Below are positions 12,868-24,132 of a stretch of 64,000 nt of DNA, in pieces. A program made the translations under genes and the position numbers. The DNA comes from Harriotta raleighana (lineage: Eukaryota). Within the stretch, counting starts at the first letter, position 1. Each line of letters begins with the position of its first letter. A model generated the notes under the pieces. The model saw only the letters and a program-made list of their open reading frames with translations, made no database searches and was not told where the DNA came from. The DNA is taken from positions 65,512 to 129,511 of the forward strand of contig JBNZDD010013586.1 in assembly GCA_050575255.1 (NCBI GenBank), in the 5' to 3' direction.

Positions 12868-13050
12868 GGTTGAGGGAACAAAAACGCAAAATACTACAGA
12901 TACTGGAAATCTGAAACAAAAACAGAAGTTGCTAGGAAAACAACCCGAAACGTTGACTCATGGACCTGAAACGTTGACTCACTTTTCCTTTCTAGGTAAA
13001 TACTGCCTGACCTGCTGAGTTTTCCCAACAACTTCTGTTTTTGTTTGTTT
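12868..13050. mobile_element. Palindromic remnant resembling shark Penelope-like element termini
   Basis: Inverted arms AAACAAAAACAGAAGTTG / CAACTTCTGTTTTTGTTT, plus GACCTGAAACGTTGACTC and CTGCCTGACCTGCTGAGT motifs that I recall from chondrichthyan PLE ends; not verified by search. Confidence 0.45.
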
Positions 13051-14561
13051 AACACTGAGGGATTATGCTTAATTACTTTACAGTATATTCTGTGAGGCAC
13101 TTTGAGATGTCGATAAAATGTGAAAAGCGCTATATCAAATGCAAGGATTATGATTATTATCTAAGCAAATTCATTCAAAGAATGGATGTATCTGTCTATA
13201 AACATCAGCAAATCACAAAGGCAATTTCTTACCTGCTGCAAAGACATGCCACTGCAAGATGTAGGGATGCAGAGGATTACAAAAATGAAACACAAAAACA
13301 TTCTCAAAGTGTCAGATCCTTGCTCTCAGCAAGTTTTCACAGGAAATCCCTTACGCTGGCATAGAGAGCACTTCGAATTCGGGTTTGTTATTTAACAAGT
13401 CACTGTGTGGCCTGTACCTCATACGTTGGAAATAAACTTTGAAGAACTGTCGTGCTGTATTATCATTGCTGCCTGCTTTGTGACAGGATCATCAGCGTTT
13501 GTCGAATTCGGAAAAACAATCCATCGAATAATAAAAGCAATTTTGCATTTGTAAAGGGCTATCCCATTCACCGAAAGTATCAAGATTCTAAGCACGATAA
13601 AGCAAACTTTAGCTAAATATCACACACAGAGATTCTGTGATTCTTGGGACTACCTAAGAATAATTTTAATTACCCAAAGCAAAATCAAATTTAATACTGA
13701 CTCTCATGCCGTTATGTAATCCCAAAGACACTTTTTTTTTTACCAAGTTTGGTTCTGTTCTGTTCTAAATTTGCTTTGGCCCAACAAAAATGCCATTTTA
13801 TTGGCTTAATAGGATACATTTATCCAAGCGATTTGCTTACAGCCTTAAAGTGTTCACATGTTTAAAGATTTATTCACCACAAAAGAGAATGCGAGCCGCA
13901 GCGGCAGCTTTGGGTACATCAATACATGTATGTACTGTGTTAGGAGTGATTGTCTGCGAGTGGTTTAGTTTTGGAGCATGAGTTTGTAGTTGTAAGTTAG
14001 CTCTTGCTAACATCAACCTAATCTATTTAAAGTCTGTTCGCCGTCTTTTGATAGAGACAGTGCTTTCCAATTAACATCCAGAGTGGTTGGAGGAATGAAT
14101 GCCTGGCTGGTTCGACCGGAAGGTTAGCATTTACTGGAAGTGGGATTAGTTTTATTTTAAGTGTGTACTCTGGTCAATAATAGTAGGAAAGCCAAGCAAA
14201 GTTGTTTTGTAGCAGAGAACCGAAACTTTCAATGCTCGCAGAGGGAATGTTGCACACTATCATCAATGCATCATCTGACATTCCTTTCCCGAGACTATGG
14301 GATAATAATAAATAGTAATCCTTAGATTTGATACAGTACCATATCACGTCTTCGAGACGTCTCAAAGCGTTTCACAGGATACGTTGTAAAGTGAATTATC
14401 TATATGTTGTGAGTGTGACATGATAAAAATTGCAGTGAATGATCTGGGAACAAGAATGCTTTTGCTGGGAAACCTTTGGGAGAACTGTTAACTGTTAAGT
14501 GTCAAAAGTGAAAGCCACGAAAGATAATTAACATTAGAGCAAAAAATAAAAATGTAACAGG

Positions 14562-16990
14562 TCTTCAGCATGTGATTTATTTTTATTAATATTATTATTA
14601 TTCATATATTTTTAGCGTCCAAAAGCTGGGGGTTCTCAATGGGATTCAGGAATAGTGACTCGGAGTTGCTAATGAGGATATATCTAGGCTGAATTTTCTA
14701 TACCACCAACATTCAGCCCCATTGTTGTCCTGCAGCTCGATTCAGAGGAGATTGAGAGAGAGACCTGGTCGAAAGTCACAACAAATGTCACGAGCACATA
14801 TGCGTGTCACTTGGGATTGCTTGGATACTTTCTAATGCATCCACTCTTCAGAAGTATATTGTCCTCATCGGCCAGAAACAATTCATGTTCTGCAGGCATC
14901 TGCTTCTTCAGGTACTCAGAGTGTGTTTGTTATTATTTTCTGTTGCTAAACAAGCCCTCGAGGAGAAAGTAACTGTGTGGGACCATCCAAGACAGGTTGA
15001 AATGACTTCAGGAAATGAAGTGTTTTGTTTCGTCCTTGGCTGCCTCCTCAGAAAGGTCTGATGAAAGCATACATGAAACATTTGCCAAAGTGAGCATGAG
15101 TATTATGGAGTGCTGCAGCTCAGTGGTTAGAGCACTCTCTTTACAAGTGAGAGACCCAGGTTCGATTCCCGGCATGTTTGGGCAAGTTTTCTTACTCCTA
15201 ATAACAAACCATGCAAACATTTTTTAAAAATTAGTCATTTCAATCAACAACTTTTTGTGGGACGCTGCTGTGTGCAATTGGCTGCTGCGTTCCACCCACA
15301 AAAGATAGGCAATGTAGTAAATGAGGAGGGGGGGTGGCCTTGCTAATAAAGGATGGGATTAAAAATAGTAGAGAGGAAACATTTTAAATCTGAAAACCAG
15401 GATGTAGAGTCAGTATGGGTAGAGGTACGTAACTTCAAGGGGCAGAAAACTCTAGTGGGAGTAGTTTACAGACNTTTTGTGGGACGCTGCTGTGTGCAAT
15501 TGGCTGCTGCGTTCCACCCACAAAAGATAGGCAATGTAGTAAATGAGGAGGGGGGGTGGCCTTGCTAATAAAGGATGGGATTAAAAATAGTAGAGAGGAA
15601 ACATTTTAAATCTGAAAACCAGGATGTAGAGTCAGTATGGGTAGAGGTACGTAACTTCAAGGGGCAGAAAACTCTAGTGGGAGTAGTTTACAGACCCTCC
15701 AAACAGCAGTCAACGTATCGCTCAAGGTATAAATCAGGAGATTAGCGGAGCATGTAGCAAAGGAAAGACACTAATTGAGGGTGATTTAATCTGCATATAG
15801 ACTGGGACAACCAAATTGGGAAAGGTAAAATAGAAGAGGAGTTTATAGAATGTATTAGGGATAATTTTTTTAGATCAGTATGTCGAGGAGCTGATCAGGG
15901 AACAGGCCATATTAGTCCTTGTTTTGTGTAATGAAACAGGGCTGATCAGCAAACTGGAATTTAAGGCTCCTCTTGGGCAAAGTGATCATAATATGATTGA
16001 ATTTAGCATTAAGTTAGAGAGGGAAGTAGTTAAATCCGAAGCAAAGATCTTCAATTTAAACAGAGTAATTTTGCTGGTGTGAGAGAGGATTTAGCCAGAA
16101 TAAACTGGGAAATCAGATTTAAGGATTTGACAGTAGACCAGCAATGGCAGACATTCAAGGAGATAATGCAAAATTTCCAGCGAGCACTTATTCCTTTGAG
16201 GAATAAGAATGCCATGGGAAAGGTGGTCCAGCCGTGGCTAACTAGAGCAGTTAGGGAAAGTATAAAGTCAAAAGAAGAAGTCTATAAAACAGCTAAGATG
16301 AGTAGTAAACCCGAGGATTGGGAGAACTTTAGGGAACAAAAAAGGAGAACCAAAAAATTGATCAAGAGGGAGAAAATAGAATATGAGGGCAAACTAGCGA
16401 GGAACATAAAGACAGACTGCAAGAGTTTTTATAAATATATAAAGAGGAAAAGGGTGAATGTGAGTCCATTACAGGCAGAGACAGGTGGAATTATAATCGG
16501 GGACAAAGACAACACCAGAGTCATTAAACAGGTATTTTTCTACTGTCTTCACTGTAGAAGACCCTGGAAACATACCAAAAATAGAAGGGAACCGAGAAGA
16601 CAATGTTAGCGAGCAATTTAGGGAGATTAATATTAGTAATCAGATGCCTGCAAAACTTGAATTGCTTCTGGCCGATGAGGACAAAATACTTCTGAAGAGT
16701 GTATGCATTAGAAAGGATCGAAGCAAACCCAAGTGATACGCATATGTGCTCGTAACATTTGTCGTTTTTCATTTTCGACCAGGTCTCTCTCTATCAATCT
16801 CCTCTGAATTGAGCTACAGCACAACAATGGGGCTGAATGTTGGTGGTATAGAAAATTCAGCCTAGATATATCCTCATTAGCAACTCCGAGTCACTATTCC
16901 TGAATCCCATTGAGAACCCCCAGCTTTGGACGCTAAAAATATAGGAATAATAACAATAATACTAATAAGAATAAAAACACATCCTGAAGA
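14562..16990. repeat. Inverted duplication, about 340 bp arms (14562-14902 and 16641-16990)
   Basis: The arms are reverse complements with scattered mismatches, e.g. GGGGTTCTCAATGGGATTCAGGAATAGTGACTCGGAGTTGC vs GCAACTCCGAGTCACTATTCCTGAATCCCATTGAGAACCCC. Confidence 0.9.
15300..16640 (+). mobile_element. CR1 LINE ORF2 fragment (endonuclease and linker), degraded
   Basis: VESVWVEV...KTLVGVVYRP, LGQSDHNMIEF, WENFREQKRRTKKLIKREKIEYEGKLARNIKTDCKSFYKYIK; frameshifts present. Confidence 0.85.
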
Positions 16991-16999
16991 ACTCTTCAA

Positions 17000-17295
17000 T
17001 AACCAGGGGTCACAGTCTTAAAATTAAGGGACAGCCTTTTAGAACAGAGTTGAGGAAACATTTCTTCACTTAGAGGGTAGTGAATTTATTTATGGAATTC
17101 ACTACCCCAGTGGAAGTTCAGTCCTTGAACATTTTCATGGCTGAGACTGATAAGATTTTTTAAAAATAGAGTGATTAGGGGATATGGGGATAGGGCAGGT
17201 AATTAGAGTTAAGTCAGAAGATCAGCCATGATCTTATTGAATGGCAGAGAAGGCTCGAAGGGCCGAATGGCCTACTCCTGCTCCTAATTCTTATC
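17000..17295 (+). mobile_element. CR1 LINE 3' end
   Basis: TRGHSLKIKGQPFRTELRKHFFT; 3' UTR GGCCGAATGGCCTACTCCTGCTCCTAATTCTTAT. Confidence 0.85.
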
Positions 17296-19186
17296 TTCTG
17301 AAGAAGGAAATGGTTTATCACACATGAACCCTGATTCTTGCTGTCTCTCCCATGTTATAAAATATATGACACATATATATATATATATATACTGTATCTC
17401 ACAGGACAGATTTGTTGAAGAAAACCCTTCGGTACATCTACTTTCTCCCACCATAGCATCAAGCCTCTTTTCTAGTGTTCTGGTCAACCACCTTCCCTGG
17501 CAATTTATTCCAGTTGTTAATTACGCTCTGGGTAAAGAAGCTTCTCCTGATGTCTGTCCTTAAATGGGCCTTTCCAACTTGGAGTCCTGTAGCTCAGTGG
17601 TTAGAGCACTTGCTTTACAAGCATGAGACCCGTGTTCGAATCCAAGCAGGTCGGGGCGAAACCTTGGGCAAGTTTCCTTACTCCACACGCCTAGTAATAA
17701 TCCCTCCAAAAATAACCCACAATAATAAAATTGGTCCTTTCAATTTACGACTGTTTGTGAGACATTGTATATCCTCGAACTATTGCCCAGGTGCAGTATA
17801 AAGTACTGTTCTGATTAACCAAAAGATCAGAACTCTAATTTACTCTTAATTTTCATCTCTCCTTTCCAAATGGAGGTGGCTCCTGATAGATTGCTTTATA
17901 GGCTTTGGCGGCTTTCCAATGCCTCACCTATACAGTAAATAAGCTTGACAAACACGCATTAAAAAATATAGGTGGCAATATACACATGGTTTGATACAGC
18001 ATATAAGAAACAACATTTTATCCAATTCTAAATACACTTTCGATTTATTCAACAATATAGTTTCTTACTTGTTATTACAGCTTCGTAATCTTGTAGCTAT
18101 TAATCTATTTACATATGTTTTTTTTAAAACAAAATCCACTTCAACACANTTGTTATTACAGCTTCGTAATCTTGTAGCTATTAATCTATTTACATATGTA
18201 TTTTTTTTTAACAAAATCCACTTCAACACAAGNTATTAATCTATTTACATATGTTTTTTTTAAAACAAAATCCACTTCAACACAAGTTTTTTTTTGAACA
18301 GAGCTCATACTAAATAAACATGGTCTTAAATTATTTGTTTGTTGCAGGATTTAGTCAAAATTTGGTCATTTTAAAAATTCAGTCAAAATGTGAAGTGGTT
18401 TTTCTGGAGTTCTTAAAAGAATTTGCAGAAACCTGACTGAAAAGTGATACTTGTCTCATACTCTGAATGCTTGTTTTCCAACTTCGATTCTGGTATGTTG
18501 AATATTTTGAAATTGCATTTGTCCTTCAAGGGGTCAACGGACCATTTAGATTAAACTTGCATGTTTTATTATTTAATGTGGCAAACCAAATTTTTATGCC
18601 GTCAGAATGTCTTCTCGGACTTAAACCATAGTTTGGAATTAAATGTTACCAAAGCAGAATGTTAAAATCTATTAAAGGAGGCAAAGAGTTCCAGAATTAA
18701 ACATGTATATTTTTATTAGCAAAAATAACAAAACAAAGTATCTCAAGCACTGAAAAAAAACCAACACACATTCAACATTCTGCTGTACAAGATAACAGAA
18801 TTAACATTTCCATTTCGGGAGGACGTGAATAAAGTAGAATAAGAAGACTAAATGCATGGAACTATATACATTTATAGCACAGATGACACTATATGGTGAT
18901 TGTGGACACGCAGTGAATTATTTGTAGTGGAATAGAATATATCATTAAAGGATATGCAATAAAATCTCAATCTCACATAGGGAACAAAATATCCAAAGTT
19001 TTTTTTCTCAAAGAACATTTCAAAATAGGAATAATTGATTGTTTTTTAGTTATTTTACAAAAATCACTTACATTCCCCCCCCCCCCCACCCCCCAAATAG
19101 TGAAAACTCTCGTTTGTGAACAATTGAAAAACAAACTGATTAGCAAACAGAGCACAAGCTGCAGTGAAGGACATGTGAACAGTGAT

Positions 19187-19417
19187 TGGGAGAAATTCCA
19201 CCTGGTTCTAGATTGACTCTATTTAAGTAGCATTTTGTAGTGATCAGAATTTATCAAATTGTTGGATTCAGTCTTAAACACGAAGTTGGTTTTCCGTACG
19301 TTCTTAAAAGAACTTACAGAAAACCGACTTCAAAAAAATGAGGCTTCTTCCAGACTTTGAATGTTCTAAAATGCCTCCTAAAGAGGGTAAATATTGACTC
19401 AGGTGGAATTTCTTCCA
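19187..19417. repeat. Palindromic MITE-like element; partial second copy at about 18345-18470
   Basis: Outer arms GGGAGAAATTCCACCTG / CAGGTGGAATTTCTTCC; inner 23-bp stem at 19282-19331 (20/23 Watson-Crick matches, 4-nt loop). Confidence 0.6.
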
Positions 19418-20111
19418 ACAAAATGTTCGATTTGAAAGAAAAGGAACACAAAGAGTAGGTGAAATATCTCAGCCCACCTGGATTTCAAAATTGGTTCAGG
19501 CAGCAGAGGCAACAACAACAGCAACAACAACTTTGATTTAGGCAAAGAGATGTGTAAAGAATCATAAACATTGCCTACAGTTTACCTACAAAACATGTGC
19601 AAATTTCCATATTTAGTCATGCACATTTCCGCCGGCCGAGGAATTGATAAACTGCTTTGATCCTTTGTCAAATGCGGAGATTGTATTATAAACACAAGTT
19701 TTTTTTTAACGTTGATACAGTATTTGACATCTCTGGACTTTAATTTGTTTCAACTGCTAGCATTCTAGCTTCGGTTTCAGATAGTTTTAGAAACTTTGAG
19801 ATGTCTCGATGTGATATATTGAAAGCAAGTATTATTATAACAGCACCCCAGGTAACATCGGTTGCCATGCTGGCCTCCAAAATACAGTCACTTTGTTTGC
19901 AAAGTTTTCCATAAATTGAATATATTAAATAGATATCAAATGCAAGGGTGGTGAATAATTGTTATGGTTTGTGCTTAATCTTGAGTGGAAAGCTTTAGCT
20001 TGGAATGAGAGCTGCACAGTTGAAACATGCCTGAGCAAGGCCCTCATACAGTTCATTGAACAAAGAAGGAATTGAAAGGCGGGTGTGAAATTACAAATTT
20101 CTGGTTAATCT

Positions 20112-21146
20112 TCAAACGTTGGTCGGGATTTTACTCTTATTGGAAGGGCTGAAGTAGGTATACCACGGCAGTGACTCAGAGAAGGAAAGAGACAGTTTGT
20201 TCCTAAACTTTCGCATCCGAGACTTGATGTCATCTCCGGCCAAGAAATAAACGAGGGGGTTGATGGCACTGTTCAGACTCGCCAGCCCTCGGGACACCTG
20301 GTACGCCAGGTAGATTGCCCTGGACGTCTGAGCGCATTTCCCCTGCAGTTGGACATACCTGGCAAACAAGTTGGCGTTTCTCAGCAGGTGGTAGGGCGTG
20401 AAGCAAACCGAAAACAAAACCATCACGATCGCCACCAGCCGGAGACAGCGCTTTTTTAAGTCGGGGTTGACATTGTTGTTCCTGGTCAGCGCCACAACGA
20501 CGTGGGTGTAGCACCCCAAGGTGATCCCAAAAGGGATCAGGAACCCCACAACCGACAGGGTCAGACTGTACGCTATGTAGCCTGGCAAGTCTTGGTTGAA
20601 GGTCGTGTCGTAGCATTTGGTGCTGTTCTCTCGGAATTTGCTGAAGTACAAATCCATTGAGGTCTGGGTGACCACCAACAGCCAGACCACGGCGCTGGTT
20701 ATGACCGAGTGATGGGGCTTCACCCGGCCCAGGATCTTCATCGGGTGTACAATGGACAGGTAACGTTGGACACTGATACAGGTGAGGAACCCAATGCTCC
20801 CGTGCAAATTCAGGTGGAACAGGAGCCGAGTGGCTCGGCAGAAAATCCTCCCGAAGATCCAGAGGCCACGGTTGGCGTAGTACACCACCAGGAAGGGCAA
20901 AGTGATGACGTAGAGGAGATCAGCCAGTGCCAGGTTACACAGGAACACGTTACTGATTGTCCATTTGTCCCGGTTGAAACACATGGATATCAGCACCCAG
21001 ACGTTCCCCAAGAAGCCCACCAGGAACACGAGGATGTAGATGGGGGGCAAGTAGTTGAACCGAAAGTTCTTGTTGATGTCACAGAAGGTCACCGTCTGGT
21101 TCAGTGTCTCTGAGGCGGAGATAACGAACGGCCACAAGGTGGACAT
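20112..21146 (-). CDS. P2Y purinoceptor 1-like class A GPCR, single coding exon, about 344 aa from ATG 21146
   Basis: Seven hydrophobic segments with motifs NLALADLLY, FHLNLHGSIGFLTCISVQRYLSIVHP, ECL2 CYDTT, TM6 FTPYHLLR and TM7 YQVSRGLASLNSAINPLVYF. These are closest to P2Y1 (CYDTT, YQVTRGLASLNSCVDP), but the sequence is divergent and not in P2RY1's known human neighbourhood. Confidence 0.9.
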   Translation of the reverse strand: MSTLWPFVISASETLNQTVTFCDINKNFRFNYLPPIYILVFLVGFLGNVWVLISMCFNRDKWTISNVFLCNLALADLLYVITLPFLVVYYANRGLWIFGRIFCRATRLLFHLNLHGSIGFLTCISVQRYLSIVHPMKILGRVKPHHSVITSAVVWLLVVTQTSMDLYFSKFRENSTKCYDTTFNQDLPGYIAYSLTLSVVGFLIPFGITLGCYTHVVVALTRNNNVNPDLKKRCLRLVAIVMVLFSVCFTPYHLLRNANLFARYVQLQGKCAQTSRAIYLAYQVSRGLASLNSAINPLVYFLAGDDIKSRMRKFRNKLSLSFSESLPWYTYFSPSNKSKIPTNV

Positions 21147-22257
21147 GTCCCCGGATCTCCGTGTAGGTATCGCACAGTCCCCAAAGCAAAAGGCAGGTGG
21201 AAAATCCCAAACCAACAGTGGTGGTTGCAAGGAGTCAGTGGCTGGCGGACATCTCCCATCTGTGTACCAGCCCGAGACAATCCTCCCTGTGCCCTAGAGG
21301 TCCAGCACAGAGAGTAGGGAGGGGGGGAGGGAGAGGCAGAGCAGGGTTTAGTCTCAAGCTTTCCACTTGATGTGGGTTGAATGAAGCACAGCACTTAACA
21401 CAGACAGAGCTACAGACGTTACCAACACTAAAGCAAATGACACGCCCCCTGTTAGACTATGTTGCTAAACCCCAAATGAAATGAGTTCTCTTGCCCTGAC
21501 CATGCAAAATAGCTTGGTTGTGAAAACCCACCCACTTTGGACACGCCTCCCCTCCACCCAACACAATAGATCAAAGATTTCCTGCTGTTTTCTCTCTCTG
21601 ATAACATTACAAACTGAGTACAGCATTATGCTGTACCTGAGGCAAGTTTCTTTAGTCCTTGCACCTCTGTCTAAGTAACAAACAGGAACCAGGTTGCTAA
21701 TGGATTGGCAAGTCACTTGGCTGGGGGCAATAAAACCTCTAAAACAAAATTGGTCACTCAATCCGCACCTTGTTACGGGACGCTGTTGTGCACAATTGGA
21801 TGCCCACCTTTCCCCAACGGCTTTATTTATTTATTTATTTATTTATATATTATATTTATATAGCGCCTTTCACGTCAGGATGACGTCCCAGTGTACTTTA
21901 CAGTGTACTTTAAGACGTCTCAACGACATGATGAGCTATATGCCAAACGCAAGGATTTTTATGATTGCTACAACTGTGTTGTAGTTAAAGGAAAACGCAC
22001 TTTATACACATTTGAGAAGGTGACCATTTTTCTAAATGACTTGTGAAGCACTGTGAGTTGTTTCAACTTGATAAGTTTTCCATAAAAATGGGATCTCGTT
22101 CTCCTCTAAATGCACGAGCGCTGGAGTCCTTCATTGAGAAGTGCTTCTCGTCACATTGTTATCAAAAAAATATATAATTAGTGTACAATATATACAAAAA
22201 TTATAATTGGTCTTCAAACCGTTTGTATCAAGAATGCTAATCTACTCTGGGAAAATA

Positions 22258-22750
22258 AATTCACTAGGTTAGTTCCTGGGATGAGGGGACTGACCTATGA
22301 GGATAAGTTGAATAAATTAGGGCTGTATTCTCTAGAGTACAGAAGAATTGGGGAGGATTTTATTGAAACATATAAGATTCTTAAAGGGCTGGATAAAGTA
22401 GACACTGAGGGACTGTTTCCCCTGGTAGGAGAATCTATAACCAGGGGTCACAGTCTTAAAATTAAGGGTCAGCCTTTTAGAACAGAGTTGAGGAAACATT
22501 TCTTCACTCAGAGGGTAGTGAATTTATGGAATTCACTACCCTAGAAGGCTGTAGATGCTCAGTCCTTGAACATTTTCAAGTCTGAGACTGATAGATTTTT
22601 TTTAAATAAAGGGATTAGGGGGAAAGGGCAGGTAATTGGAGTTAGGACAAAAGATCAGCCATGATTTTATTGAAGGGCGGGGTAAGCTCGAAGGGTCGAA
22701 TGGCCTACTCCAGCTCCTAATTCTTATGTTCTTATTTTCTTATGTTCTTT
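22258..22750 (+). mobile_element. CR1 LINE 3' fragment
   Basis: MRGLTYEDKLNKLGLYSLEYRR...TRGHSLKIKGQPFRTELRKHFFTQRVVNLWNSLP with a (TTCTTATG)n tail. Confidence 0.9.
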
Positions 22751-23816
22751 ATGAAATCAAGTGCCAGACAAACTTTGCTTTATGGGGGGAGAGAGTAGTT
22801 TTCCGATTATTCAATTGACCTGGATTTATGAGGAAAGAGTGTTGGAGATTAAACGGTTTAAGATTTATTATCGACAAGCCAATGAGGAATCTTCACTCTA
22901 GTGTGATATTTGATCAGACTATGTGATAAAATATAATGTTACTAATCCTTGCGTTTGATATGGCATTTTTCACATCTGCTAGACGTCTGAAAGCACACGG
23001 CAGTGTCCCACAAACAGTCGTGGATTGAAGTGTATATAATTCAATGAAAGACTCCAGTGCTCGTGCATTTAGAGGAGAACGAGATCCCATTTTTATAGAA
23101 TCTTATCAAGTTGAAACAACTCAAAGTGCTTCACATGTAATTTATTATCAAGCATGGTCTGTTCATCCCATTTCTCTGTCCACCTCCTCTTCTTCTCCAT
23201 GTCCCTCGTGCCCTCCACTCCAACCTCTACCATCGGGGTCGTGCTTTCAGCCACTGTGCTCTGAAGCTCTGGAACTCCTAGCCTCAATCCCTCCATTTTA
23301 CCCCGTCTTTGCCAGTCTTCGAATCACACCCGAAGACATCAACCAAGTCTCCAGTCACCTCCGCTTCTATCCATCTTAGTATCAAACCACACTTGTGTTA
23401 AGTGCAAGTGGTTGGGGTTGTTTTACCCTAACAGCCAAGTCACCCTCACAGCCAAGAGGTGAGGGAGCAATTTATTTGCGTGATTGTGGCCTAGAAATTT
23501 AGCAGAAACTCCCTTCTCCTCTGAATAATACTATTGTTATCTGTGTGAATATCTACTCTACAGATGTAATCTTGTTCTTGTTGTTGTTGTATATGATTTT
23601 CGCCTAAAAGCCAGCCATGCCAATTGGCAGATTGCAATCCTGGAGTAACAATCCTTCAAAATATATTTGGTCCCTCAATCCATTCTGTCTTGACGACCAC
23701 GCCTGCCAGAGCAATCCACATAAAAACAATTCGCTGTGTGAAGTACACCTCCTAAACTCTACCTTTGCTCCTAAAATATATAAATCAATTCCCTTCAGTC
23801 ACTTCAGTCATTGACT

Positions 23817-24132
23817 TAGTCCTGTAGCTCAGTGGTTTGAGCACTCATCTTACAAGCATGAGACCCGTGTTCGAATCCAGGCATGTCAGGGCGAAACCTT
23901 GGGCAAGTTTCCTTACTCCACACCCCTAATAATAATAATCTGTCCCCAAAAAAACTATAAGAAATTGGCCATTTCAATCCACGGCTGTTTGTGGGGACAC
24001 AGCTGTGCGCAATTGGCTGCCTCGTTCCCCCCACAAATATACATTCACTTTACAGTATATTCTGAGTAACGGTCTGAGATGTCTAGAACACTTGAAAAGC
24101 ATTATATCAAATGCAAGGATTCTTATTATTAT
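23817..24132 (+). mobile_element. Full-length tRNA-derived SINE
   Basis: A box TAGCTCAGTGG, B box GTTCGAATCC, family body, L2-like tail and (ATT)n. Confidence 0.85.

Noticed and set aside
9900-14500. Expected LIME1 exons downstream of ZGPAT
   Set aside because: I found no transmembrane/CxxC segment or tyrosine-motif exons by eye; a very divergent orthologue cannot be excluded without a profile search.
15253-15693. Perfect approximately 220-bp tandem duplication
   Set aside because: The copies are separated by a single N (15473), typical of unmerged contig overlap. The same pattern occurs at 18149, 18233, 27687, 43086 and 47279.
17581-17655. tRNA-like sequences (A/B boxes, TAC/TGC anticodon-like loop) here and at many other sites
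   Set aside because: They continue directly into the SINE body and lack a proper acceptor stem; these are SINE heads, not tRNA genes.
21147-21230. N-terminal 28-aa extension of the GPCR ORF
   Set aside because: Starts at a TTG; the first ATG (21146) gives a normal N-terminus with an N-glycosylation site. An upstream exon cannot be excluded.
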